DNA of 64,000 nt, from assembly GCA_977020255.1 (NCBI GenBank), contig CDROCS010005135.1, forward strand, positions 124,001-188,000. The letters run 5' to 3'. Positions 1-9,136 of this stretch are shown here, one piece after another (the first letter of the stretch is position 1; each line of letters starts with the position of its first letter). The notes under the pieces are model-generated. The model had not been told where the DNA came from, did not search any database, and saw only the letters and a list, made by a program, of their open reading frames with translations. Source of the DNA: Obrimoposthia wandeli (lineage: Eukaryota). The position numbers and the translations under genes were made by a program.

Positions 1-687
1 GTTGTTGTTAACTTCACCAACAATTGCCATAGGAACGCCTTCTGCTTTCAATCGATCCATTTCAGGAATGAAATCTAACGCTAAATCAGAGTTACTGCAC
101 AAGCTGTACGTTGTTACGCCATTAATGACACGTTTGGCAACGATTTGGGCGACAACATTCACCCCTTTATCTAACAGATCTCGAACGGCATGCGTATAGT
201 TTGTACTGGTGTAATTTAATTGCTGTGTGCTATTTAAAAAGCTGCCTGCTTTGAAGAAAAATTCATTCACGCAGATATTGCTAGGCATATCGCCTTTACG
301 AAGACCACAGATATAATCAATATCGGGTACATTCGCAAATTCGCGTTTGACGAATGGCCCTAAAAAATTTTTCTCTAACGTACTTTTACCAATAGGTTTT
401 TCGAGTGTAATACCCGTTTCTATACGAAGTGAAATAGAAGGATCGGCTTTAGCTCGTTGATAAAGCGCATTGATAAAAGCAATGGGTTTTCCGATAGCAA
501 GAGGTACGCCGATAACGATTTTCTTTCCAACTTGCGCAATTATTTGATCAACAAGTTCATCTGGTGTTGCTAATGTTTGCGCAGCAGATTTTGTTTCGTT
601 TTCTGTATGTAATGTTTGGTCATCGGAATGACTAGGAGAAAGAGCAGAAGGGTAAATAGGTGTATCTATAAATTCAAGTACAGACAT
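1..687 (-). CDS. Acetyl-CoA hydrolase/CoA-transferase family protein (N-terminal part; runs off the left edge)
   Basis: Not in the ORF track. Manual translation from ATG 687 (RBS AAGGA upstream) gives MSVLEFIDTP...TPDELVDQIIAQVGKKIVIGVPLAIGKPI..., with no stop seen in the frame. The GxPLxxGKP N-terminus is typical of the long acetyl-CoA hydrolase/transferase family. Confidence 0.7.
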   Translation of the reverse strand, partial: MSVLEFIDTPIYPSALSPSHSDDQTLHTENETKSAAQTLATPDELVDQIIAQVGKKIVIGVPLAIGKPIAFINALYQRAKADPSISLRIETGITLEKPIGKSTLEKNFLGPFVKREFANVPDIDYICGLRKGDMPSNICVNEFFFKAGSFLNSTQQLNYTSTNYTHAVRDLLDKGVNVVAQIVAKRVINGVTTYSLCSNSDLALDFIPEMDRLKAEGVPMAIVGEVNNN

Positions 688-968
688 GACAAATTCCTTT
701 TTCACTATATTTACTATTGGTGGCGAGTGTTTGCTAAGTTGTTTTATTATTATCTTTATACTTTTTAAGGATAGAGTTATGACTCTAGTTGTCTATTGAA
801 AATTGAACTTTATTTCAATATGTTGAACCCAATCACAGATAGTTAGGTGAAATAAATAACGATAATTAGGTTGAGGATTCTAAAATAAACAAATAAAGCC
901 GGATGTTCACATAAGTATTTGATTTATTTCTTGTTTTTGGTTTTTGGTTTTTTGTGAGCTCAGCGGTG

Positions 969-988
969 TTCTAATTATAAAATTAGAA
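969..988. promoter_or_regulatory. Perfect 8-4-8 inverted repeat, candidate transcription-factor operator
   Basis: TTCTAATT-ATAA-AATTAGAA in the divergent intergenic region, about 110 nt upstream of the phasin-like gene. Confidence 0.3.
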
Positions 989-1096
989 AGAATGATCTAA
1001 TTTTAATTGCTAACCTTATTTTAATGATAGATGCCATTGTTTCTTTATATTTCATTCGTAATAAGAAGCAGGCTGTAATAAATAAGGGAATTAATT

Positions 1097-1453
1097 ATGA
1101 TGCTCAAAAATATAATCGGAAGTGTTAAATCTGTTACTTCTGTTGGTGAAGAGACTGCTCGCACTGTTTATTTAGCGGGTCTAGGTGCTTATAGCAAAGG
1201 CATGGAACAAAAACAGCAAACTCAAGGCTTGTTAAATAGCCAATTCCGCGCTTTAGTTGATAAAGGTGAATATGTTGAAGCCGAGAGTAAACAGCGTATT
1301 TATTCAACCAAAAAAGTTGTTTTAGGTAACGTTGAAAAGCAGGTTAATTATGTTATTCGCCGTACAAGCGGTATCGACCGTACTAAATTATCAGGCCTTG
1401 AAGAGCGTATTGATACGTTAACGGCAGCTGTTGATAAGCTTTTGCAAAAATAA
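1097..1453 (+). CDS. Phasin-like (PhaI/PhaF-type) granule-associated protein
   Basis: Motifs ARTVYLAGLGAYSK, FRALVDKGE and C-terminal LEERIDTLTAAVDKL match the pattern of the PHA granule-associated protein family. Confidence 0.75.
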   Translation: MMLKNIIGSVKSVTSVGEETARTVYLAGLGAYSKGMEQKQQTQGLLNSQFRALVDKGEYVEAESKQRIYSTKKVVLGNVEKQVNYVIRRTSGIDRTKLSGLEERIDTLTAAVDKLLQK

Positions 1454-1464
1454 GAGGAACATCT

Positions 1465-3141
1465 ATGCCTAGTTTGTCTCTTCTCGACTTAAGTTTCATT
1501 ATTTTTGAATCTGACAAAACACCAATGCATGTAACTGGTTTAGTTATATTAGAACCGCCTAAAGAGCATGCGGATACGTATGCGCAAGATCTCTATGGTG
1601 AATTTTTACAGCAAACTGACGTGACAGCACCTTTTAATTGGAAGCTTCAGTGGTCGTTTACGGGCAAACCAAGCTGGCAAACACTTCCGAGAGTGAATTT
1701 AGACGATCATTTACGTATCACTATGCTTCCATCACCAGGAAATGACCAACAGTTACAACAAGTTGTTGGTCGTTTACATGGTCAAGTATTGGATCGAAGT
1801 CGACCAATGTGGGAAGTATGGGTGATTGGTGGTCTTGAAAATAATCGTGTGGCTATTGTATTTAAAGTTCACCATTCAATGGCGGATGGTGTTCGTGCCA
1901 GCAGTTTATTTACCCGAAGTTGTGCCACAAACCCTGAAGACTCATTTAGCCAGCCTATTTGGCAGTGTGATTTACGTAAAACGGCATCAGAGCGTCGTGC
2001 AGAAACACGTCTTACCAACATGGTAATAAAAACAGCCACGCAAGCATCAAAGCAAATATCGCTTATTCCATCCATGTTCCGATTGGGTAGTAAGCTTGCT
2101 TTAAAAGCGGTAAAGCTGGCTGATTGTGATTTAAAGGTGCCGTTTACAGCGCCCAAAACGCCTTTTAACTTGAGCCCGAAGCGTAGCCGAGCGGTGAGTC
2201 TTGGTCAGTTTTCAATGGGTAGATTGAATCAGCTTAGCCGCATAACAGGTTCATCAATGAATGATGTACTCTTTACGGTAAGCGATATTGCTTTGAATCG
2301 TTACTTAAATGATCGTTCATTACCTTTAAGAAAACCGTTAGTTGCCATGATGCCAATTAATCTTCGTAGTAAAGGAGAGTTGGCAAGTAAAGGTAATAAG
2401 ATGTCTGTCGGGCATGTTGAGCTGGGACGATCGCACTTAACGTCATTAGAGCGATTAGAAGCGATTCAACAGGCAACAGTTGATTTAAAAAATGAAGCCT
2501 TAAATATTTCACCTGATGCTTATATTAATTATTCCCTACTTGTTAATGGTGCGTCTTTAATTAGCGGTAAATTTGGCTTAAATGGGTTTATTCCGCCTGT
2601 AAGTAACTTGCTCATCTCTAATATACCGGGTGTAAAAGACACCTTGTATTTCATGGGTGCAAAGGTGAAAGAGCAATATCCAGTATCGCTACTGATGCCA
2701 GGGCAAACATTGAATATTACATTCTTTAGTAATGCCGGGCAGATGTACTACTCGTTGGTTGCATGTAGCCAGTCTTTACCTGGGTTTGAGGTAATTGCAG
2801 GGTACATGGAAGAAGCCTTAAATGAGTTAGAACAAGACATCATGGATACAGCAGTGTCAGCAGTATCAGAGCAGATGGAAAGCCATGATAGCGAGACAGT
2901 GGCGGTTGAAATGGCGGTACTTGCAGCACGAGAAGCTCTTACGCCAGATGATGCTGAATTTGAACGTTTGTATATAGAGAAACAGCAGCGAGTAGAGCAT
3001 CTGGAAAAGCAATTATCACAGCTAACTGCCATGCTTTCTAAAACTATCGAGATTGATCCTGCGGCTAAGCCGATAAACGAAGAGCTAATGAATGAATCAG
3101 TTGCTATCGATATCATTCCCAAAATTACATCAGCTTCATAA
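1465..3141 (+). CDS. Wax ester synthase/diacylglycerol acyltransferase (WS/DGAT) with C-terminal extension
   Basis: Catalytic HHSMADG (HHxxxDG), N-terminal PMHV, LDRSRPMWE and ISNIPG motifs; RBS AGAGGA; 11 nt after the phasin-like stop. Confidence 0.93.
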   Translation: MPSLSLLDLSFIIFESDKTPMHVTGLVILEPPKEHADTYAQDLYGEFLQQTDVTAPFNWKLQWSFTGKPSWQTLPRVNLDDHLRITMLPSPGNDQQLQQVVGRLHGQVLDRSRPMWEVWVIGGLENNRVAIVFKVHHSMADGVRASSLFTRSCATNPEDSFSQPIWQCDLRKTASERRAETRLTNMVIKTATQASKQISLIPSMFRLGSKLALKAVKLADCDLKVPFTAPKTPFNLSPKRSRAVSLGQFSMGRLNQLSRITGSSMNDVLFTVSDIALNRYLNDRSLPLRKPLVAMMPINLRSKGELASKGNKMSVGHVELGRSHLTSLERLEAIQQATVDLKNEALNISPDAYINYSLLVNGASLISGKFGLNGFIPPVSNLLISNIPGVKDTLYFMGAKVKEQYPVSLLMPGQTLNITFFSNAGQMYYSLVACSQSLPGFEVIAGYMEEALNELEQDIMDTAVSAVSEQMESHDSETVAVEMAVLAAREALTPDDAEFERLYIEKQQRVEHLEKQLSQLTAMLSKTIEIDPAAKPINEELMNESVAIDIIPKITSAS

Positions 3142-3216
3142 AGTAACATAATAAGAAAGACGTTCTTTCCCTTGTTACCGCAATCTATACTTATAGGTTG
3201 CGGTTTTTTCTGCACA

Positions 3217-3245
3217 TAAAAAAAGACCGCATCAAGTGCGGTCTT
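3217..3245 (-). terminator. Intrinsic terminator after ACBP
   Basis: Stem AAGACCGCA/TGCGGTCTT with an A-run on + (U-tail on -). Confidence 0.7.
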
Positions 3246-3268
3246 ATAGTATCTTGGTTATGCATGGG

Positions 3269-3535
3269 TTATGCGTAAGTTGCAGCCATTTTTTCTACTT
3301 GGTCAACATACTTCTGCATCGCAGTTTCAGCATCCATTCCTTTTTGCTTTTCCCATGCTTCGTATTTTGCGGCCCCTTTAAAGTCAAACATACCAGGACG
3401 CTTACCGTGAACGTCGCCATCAGTCGCTTGTTTGAACAAAGAGTACATTGTAAGTAATTCATTGTTTGTTGGGCGCTGAGTCAGTTTCTTAACGTCTAAT
3501 TGTGCTTGTTCAAAGCTTGCTTTTAAATCTGCCAT
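3269..3535 (-). CDS. Acyl-CoA-binding protein (ACBP)
   Basis: LLTMYSLFKQATDGD...PGMFDFKGAAKYEAW is the ACBP signature; 88 aa. Confidence 0.93.
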   Translation of the reverse strand: MADLKASFEQAQLDVKKLTQRPTNNELLTMYSLFKQATDGDVHGKRPGMFDFKGAAKYEAWEKQKGMDAETAMQKYVDQVEKMAATYA

Positions 3536-3604
3536 GATTATCTATCCTTAATTAAGATTATAAAGTTGTTAATACCTAGCCACCGATGAAGGTGGGTTTT
3601 TAAA

Positions 3605-5596
3605 CTACAAGTGAATACCACGTAGTAGTGCAGAGAATGCCATTAACTCTGCTGATGATGCTTTTTCTGTTTTATCCTCTTTACTTTGCTCACTTTCTTT
3701 CGAATCAGGGAACATGCGGAAGCTGCTGTTCATGATTATTTCAGCAAGTTTAGGGAAAAGAGCATTAAGAACAGAACCGAAAATACCTAAGTTAGTCGCA
3801 ATACGCTTTGGCTTATCAATGATTGCCGTTGCTAATAAATCAGCTGCTTGATCTGGCGATAATGTTGGTACCGATTTGTAGATCTTCGTTGGTGCGATCA
3901 TTGGGGTTGCCACTAAAGGCATATTGATCGTTGTGAAGTTAATGTTCATGTCTGAATATTCAGAGGCAGCACAGCGCGTAAATGCATCCATCGCTGCTTT
4001 TGAAGCGACATAAGCAGAGAAACGGGGGGCATTAGTCAGTACGCCAATGGATGAAATATTAATAATATGGCCACCACCTTGTGCTTCCATACTTGGTAGT
4101 AAGCCTAAGGTTAGTTTCAAAGAGCCAAAATAGTTAAGCTGCATTGTGCGTTCAAAGTCATGGAAACGATCAACGGAATTCGCAACAGATCGACGAATTG
4201 AGCGACCAGCGTTGTTAATTAAGATATCAACACGTCCATGCTCAGCCAAAACATTTTCAACGAGTGTATCTACCTGATCTATTTTGGATAAATCGCACTG
4301 GTATGTATGCGCGATACCACCACGATCTTCCACTTCCTTTCTAGTGTAGGCCAGTTTTTCTTCATCACGGGCAACCAAAATCATTTGTGCGCCATTCTCG
4401 GCAAGCTTGAAAGCAGTTGCTTGACCAATACCTGAACTTGCACCGGTGATCAAAATGATCTTGTTTTCTACGCGACCTTTTAGGCTGCGATCACCAGAAA
4501 TTTCTGGATCAAGATGACGCTCCCAATAATCCCAAATGGCAGGGGCATAGCTTGGTAAGCGAGGGCACTCAATACCAGAGCCTTTAAGGGCTTTTTGCGT
4601 TTCACGGCAATCAAATTCTGTAGGGTAGGTGAAGAATTGTAATGCTGATGAAGGAATACCAAGATCTTTCATCGTTACGTCGCTAATTTGTTTAATCGTT
4701 GGTAACGATAAAATAGCGTTCTTCATTTGATTGGGAATAAAGCCAAATAAGCGTGCATCTAAACGTAATGCCATACGAGGCGCATGGCCCGCTTCAGCAA
4801 AAATGTTAAGTACTTCTCCTGAGCGGTAAGGTTTAGGATCCGTTAGGTGAAAACAACGATTATCTAAGCCATCTTTATGCGCAATATAGTCTAGTGCATC
4901 AACAACGTAATCAACGGGTACGATATTAAGACGTCCGCCTTCTAAACCAATAGTTGGTACCCATGCAGGTAATACATTACGAATGCGTTGTAGCATTTTG
5001 AAGAAGTAGTACGGCCCATCGGCACGATCTGCAATCCCCGTTTTTGAATCGCCCACAACCATACCTGGACGGTACACACGAAAGGGGACTTTACATTTTT
5101 CGCGAACAACTTTCTCTGATAAGTGTTTGGTTGAGAAGTAAGGGTGATCTAGATTTTCTGCCTCATCGAACATATCTTCGCTGAAGTGACCTTCGTACAA
5201 GCCAGCTGCTGCAATTGAGCTGATGTGATGGAAGCAACCAGCTTGTAAATTTTCAGCCGCATCGACAGCATTTTGTGTCCCTTCGATGTTAACGGCTTCT
5301 TGTATTTCGGCTGTGGCATTTAAATCATAAATAGCCGCAAGGTGGAAAAAATGCGTAATAGAGCCAGATAATTTTTTAATATCATTTTTGGCTAAACCTA
5401 AACCAGCCTGCGTTAAATCCCCTGTGATAGGTAAGATACGACCCGCTGGAATAGACCATTTCGCTATGTGAGCTTCGAGTATATCTTGTGATTGTTCATT
5501 ATGACAAAGGACGTAAATCGTGCCTTCTCGTTTTAGAAGTCTGGTGATGAGGTTTCGGCCAAGAAAACCTGTTCCGCCAGTCAAAAAATATGCCAT
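3605..5596 (-). CDS. Two-domain fatty acyl-CoA reductase (alcohol-forming, Marinobacter Maqu_2507-type SDR-SDR fusion)
   Basis: N-terminal extended SDR (TGGTGFLG, YFSTK) plus C-terminal classical SDR (TGASSGIG, NNAG, YVASK); 663 aa. Confidence 0.88.
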   Translation of the reverse strand: MAYFLTGGTGFLGRNLITRLLKREGTIYVLCHNEQSQDILEAHIAKWSIPAGRILPITGDLTQAGLGLAKNDIKKLSGSITHFFHLAAIYDLNATAEIQEAVNIEGTQNAVDAAENLQAGCFHHISSIAAAGLYEGHFSEDMFDEAENLDHPYFSTKHLSEKVVREKCKVPFRVYRPGMVVGDSKTGIADRADGPYYFFKMLQRIRNVLPAWVPTIGLEGGRLNIVPVDYVVDALDYIAHKDGLDNRCFHLTDPKPYRSGEVLNIFAEAGHAPRMALRLDARLFGFIPNQMKNAILSLPTIKQISDVTMKDLGIPSSALQFFTYPTEFDCRETQKALKGSGIECPRLPSYAPAIWDYWERHLDPEISGDRSLKGRVENKIILITGASSGIGQATAFKLAENGAQMILVARDEEKLAYTRKEVEDRGGIAHTYQCDLSKIDQVDTLVENVLAEHGRVDILINNAGRSIRRSVANSVDRFHDFERTMQLNYFGSLKLTLGLLPSMEAQGGGHIINISSIGVLTNAPRFSAYVASKAAMDAFTRCAASEYSDMNINFTTINMPLVATPMIAPTKIYKSVPTLSPDQAADLLATAIIDKPKRIATNLGIFGSVLNALFPKLAEIIMNSSFRMFPDSKESEQSKEDKTEKASSAELMAFSALLRGIHL

Positions 5597-5652
5597 GTGC
5601 TCTCCTTAATATACAACTGATCTAATAACATTCCTTTTAGAAATACAAAATA

Positions 5653-5669
5653 CACTGGTCAGAGCTCTT
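5653..5669. promoter_or_regulatory. Candidate FadR operator
   Basis: CACTGGTCAGAGCTCTT matches 13/17 of the gammaproteobacterial FadR consensus AACTGGTCAGACCAGTT; lies between the divergent reductase and GMC genes. Confidence 0.45.
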
Positions 5670-5898
5670 GTTGTTATCAAATGATTGAAAATACTAAACA
5701 GATCACCTTTTTATTTAAATTAACGGTAAGATTTCATCTTAAGTGAAAAAATTAATAAGTTTTTTGGAAGTTACACTATGATTTATAATGGTGGCAAAGA
5801 ATGGTTTTATATTAAAAACAACATTTTTTATAATAACAATATTAACTTTAAATAAAATTGGCTGGCAATTATCATTACAATGAATGTGAGAGGGTGTT

Positions 5899-7536
5899 AT
5901 GTATGACTTTATAATTGTAGGTGCAGGATCTGCAGGGTGTGTACTTGCTAATAGATTGTCAGCCGATAAAAAGATAAAAGTTTGTTTAGTAGAAGCAGGG
6001 CCAAAAGATTCAAGTATTATGGTGCATGTTCCATTGGGTTTGATTGGAATGATGCATTCAAAAAAAATGAATTGGCGTTATTATACCGAGCAAGAATCAC
6101 ACCTTGGCGGACGAAAGTTATTTTGGCCTCGTGGTAAGACACTTGGAGGAAGTAGTGCTTCTAATGCGATGTGTTACATCCGTGGGCATGCGTGTGATTA
6201 CGATGAATGGGTAACATTAGGTAATGACGGCTGGGGATATAGTGATGTGCTCCCTTACTTTAAAAAGGCACAACACCAAGAGCGTGGTGCTTGTACTTAT
6301 CATGGTGCGGGCGGTCCGTTAAATGTCGCTGATTTACGGACAAAAAATCCATTATCAAAAGCGTTTCTCAACGCTTCGCAGCAAGCTGGACATAAGCTAA
6401 CGGATGACTTTAACGGCGAAGATCAAGAAGGTGTCGGCTATTATCAGGTAACGCAAAAAAATGGTCAGCGTTGTAGCTCTGCCGTTGGGTATTTACGGCC
6501 AGTCGAACAAAGAGAAAACCTTACCGTTATTACAGATGCACTGACGACAAAAATTAACTTTGATGGTAACGCTGCAGTCGGTATAGATTACCTTGAAAAG
6601 GGTAAAAAACATACGATAACCGCAACGAAAGAAGTCATTCTTAGTGGGGGGGCAATTAATAGTCCTCAGCTCTTGTTAGTTTCTGGTGTTGGTGGAAAAG
6701 ATGTTTTAAATCAACATGGTATAGAGCAGGTTTGTGAGCTTGATGGCGTTGGTAAAAATTTACAAGATCATCTTGATGTACTGGCTGTAACCCGTGAGCG
6801 TACTTTTCACTCTGTTGGTTTTTCACCTGTTGCCTTAATGCGTTCGATTAAAGGTATTTTTGACTTTTTATTATTTCGAAAGGGTAACTTCACCACAAAT
6901 ATTGCGGAGGCTGGTGGCTTTGTAAAGAGTGACCCCTCCCTTGCTGCACCTGATGTTCAATTTCACTTTTCACCGTGTTTTCTTGATAATCATGGTCTTA
7001 ATCTATTGCAAACAGTTAGGCATGGTTATTCATTACATGCATGTAATCTTCGCCCTAAAAGCAGAGGAGAACTGACATTAAGAAGTGCAGATCCCGCTGT
7101 TCCTCCATTGATTAATGCTCGTTATTTAGAGAACAAAGAAGACATCCAAATCATGATAAAGGGCATTAAAATGTCTCGTGAAATCTTGAAGCAACCAGCT
7201 TTTGATCATTACCGAGGCGTTGAAGTATTTCCAGGGAAAGAGGTTCAAACAGACGAAGAGTTAGAAGCGTTTATTCGCCGAAAAGCAGAGTCGATTTACC
7301 ATCCAGTTGGCACTTGTAAAATGGGTGTTGATGATCAAGCGGTTGTTGACCCAACGCTAAAGGTTATTGGCCTTAAAGCTTTACGTGTTGTAGACGCATC
7401 AATCATGCCTACGTTAATTGGCGGTAATACCAATGCGCCGACCATTATGATTGCTGAAAAAGCAGCTGATATGATTTTGGCTGATTATAAAAAGAAAAAT
7501 ACTGAAATAAAGGTAAAAGAAACAACTAAAGCTTAA
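5899..7536 (+). CDS. GMC oxidoreductase (AlkJ-like alcohol dehydrogenase / choline dehydrogenase family)
   Basis: GAGSAG FAD-binding, [24 protein letters not shown] and GGNTNAP motifs. Confidence 0.9.
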   Translation: MYDFIIVGAGSAGCVLANRLSADKKIKVCLVEAGPKDSSIMVHVPLGLIGMMHSKKMNWRYYTEQESHLGGRKLFWPRGKTLGGSSASNAMCYIRGHACDYDEWVTLGNDGWGYSDVLPYFKKAQHQERGACTYHGAGGPLNVADLRTKNPLSKAFLNASQQAGHKLTDDFNGEDQEGVGYYQVTQKNGQRCSSAVGYLRPVEQRENLTVITDALTTKINFDGNAAVGIDYLEKGKKHTITATKEVILSGGAINSPQLLLVSGVGGKDVLNQHGIEQVCELDGVGKNLQDHLDVLAVTRERTFHSVGFSPVALMRSIKGIFDFLLFRKGNFTTNIAEAGGFVKSDPSLAAPDVQFHFSPCFLDNHGLNLLQTVRHGYSLHACNLRPKSRGELTLRSADPAVPPLINARYLENKEDIQIMIKGIKMSREILKQPAFDHYRGVEVFPGKEVQTDEELEAFIRRKAESIYHPVGTCKMGVDDQAVVDPTLKVIGLKALRVVDASIMPTLIGGNTNAPTIMIAEKAADMILADYKKKNTEIKVKETTKA

Positions 7537-7550
7537 TGGTATTATTTGTA

Positions 7551-7588
7551 AACGTAAAAAGGCTGAATTATTTCAGCCTTTTTACGTT
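7551..7588. terminator. Perfect 17-bp-stem hairpin, bidirectional terminator
   Basis: AACGTAAAAAGGCTGAA-TTAT-TTCAGCCTTTTTACGTT directly after the GMC stop. Confidence 0.8.
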
Positions 7589-7867
7589 AAATATAAAGAT
7601 TAGGGTGAGTATTCTAATTTTTATGAATATACTATATAAGATATGCTTAATTATTATATTTTCTTGTTAAGATAACTACATTTTAGTTGCCGTTCTGCTT
7701 TTTTATTTCATTTCAATAAATCTACTGTAAATATGTATTAGCGATACAAAGTGTGATTGTATAGATATCGTATAATAAGTATTATTATACGATTGCTAAC
7801 ATATTAGGCTTTGGAAAATACGTACCGTTATATGAAAGCATTTAGAACCACAAATCGGGGTGTGAGT

Positions 7868-8977
7868 ATGATTTCAAGGAATAACCTGAGTCAGAAATTC
7901 CAAGCATTGATGGATGAAATTTCTTCTAAAATGGTTGAGAACACCGGAGTCGCTAAAGATAAAGTCACAGAATTTATCGAGCAGGGTCTACCACCCGTCC
8001 AGAGTGATGCAGTGATTGCTACCTTAAATGGCATGGTAGGTGATTCTCTTGAACAGCGAGACAGCCGTTTTGCTCAAAAGATGCAGTTTCGCGATCAACA
8101 ACAAACCCTAAGTGACGATCCGGCTTTATTACCTCTTCAACTCCCCGATGCGACAGACAGAATTATACTTTGCGTACACGGTTGGTGCATGAATGATGTG
8201 CAATGGTTACGTAAAGAGCATGACCATGGTCGTTTCATGGCGACATTTGGCTATACCCCCATCTACCTCCGTTATAACACTGGTATGCATATTTCAGCTA
8301 ACGGCGAAGAGTTTGCATTAAAGCTTGAGGCGTTATTAGCCGCTTGGCCATGTGCGGTCACTGAGTTAGTGATTGTAGGTCATAGTATGGGCGGGTTGGT
8401 TACTCGCAGTGCTTGTTATTATGGCAAAAAGCATGATGTGGATTGGTTAGATAAATTAACCACGTTTATTACATTAGGCACACCACATAATGGTGCCCCA
8501 TTGGCTAAGCTGGCAAGCTGGGTTGATGAAAGAATTGCAGATGCGCCGTATTTAAAAGTGTTAAGTAAAGTCGCGGAAATCCGCAGTAGCGGGACAAGAG
8601 ACCTAAGCCATGGCTTCATTTGCCATAGTGATTGGCAGCAAGATGAAGAAACAAGAAAGATACTTAAAAAGCGACCTACGTTGCCTGAAGGGGTTGCATG
8701 TTATGCGATAGCGAGCTGCCTTGGGAATAATTTTTATGATGAGAAAAGCCAAATGTTAGGCGATGGGCTCGTGCCAGTATCAAGTGCATTAGGCGATGCG
8801 GAAACAGGGCATATTGGGTTAGATTATCCACCTAAACATAAGTGGATAGGCGAGGGGATAAACCATCTCGACTTGCTTTCTCATCCCCTTATCATGTCTA
8901 AAATCAAAGAATGGATTTTAGACAACACGATCCAGCCCTTTGACCTGCGTGAAGGCCCGTTACGTTCTGGTTGTTGA
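7868..8977 (+). CDS. Alpha/beta-hydrolase lipase/esterase (PGAP1-like)
   Basis: GHSMGG nucleophile elbow, LGTPHNG, GDGLVP (Asp), NHLDLL (His). Start uncertain (TTG 7811, ATG 7832 or ATG 7868). Confidence 0.82.
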   Translation: MISRNNLSQKFQALMDEISSKMVENTGVAKDKVTEFIEQGLPPVQSDAVIATLNGMVGDSLEQRDSRFAQKMQFRDQQQTLSDDPALLPLQLPDATDRIILCVHGWCMNDVQWLRKEHDHGRFMATFGYTPIYLRYNTGMHISANGEEFALKLEALLAAWPCAVTELVIVGHSMGGLVTRSACYYGKKHDVDWLDKLTTFITLGTPHNGAPLAKLASWVDERIADAPYLKVLSKVAEIRSSGTRDLSHGFICHSDWQQDEETRKILKKRPTLPEGVACYAIASCLGNNFYDEKSQMLGDGLVPVSSALGDAETGHIGLDYPPKHKWIGEGINHLDLLSHPLIMSKIKEWILDNTIQPFDLREGPLRSGC

Positions 8978-9019
8978 AAAACGACGAGCATTTTAACTTT
9001 TATCGATGAGTTTACCTTT

Positions 9020-9053
9020 TGCCACCTTTGTCTATGCACAAGGTGGCATTTTT
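9020..9053 (+). terminator. Intrinsic terminator after the lipase gene
   Basis: TGCCACCTT/AAGGTGGCA stem followed by a T-run. Confidence 0.7.
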
Positions 9054-9084
9054 ATATCACCAATCGTTACATCTGACTTTTGAT

Positions 9085-9104
9085 ATATATGAAAAGTCGT
9101 ATAT
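9085..9104. promoter_or_regulatory. Candidate ArsR operator 1
   Basis: ATATATGA-AAAG-TCGTATAT near-palindrome just upstream of the arsC-arsR start; same architecture as 10624-10643. Confidence 0.6.
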
Positions 9105-9136
9105 GATGATTTCAAATATCGAAAATAAAGACTCAT

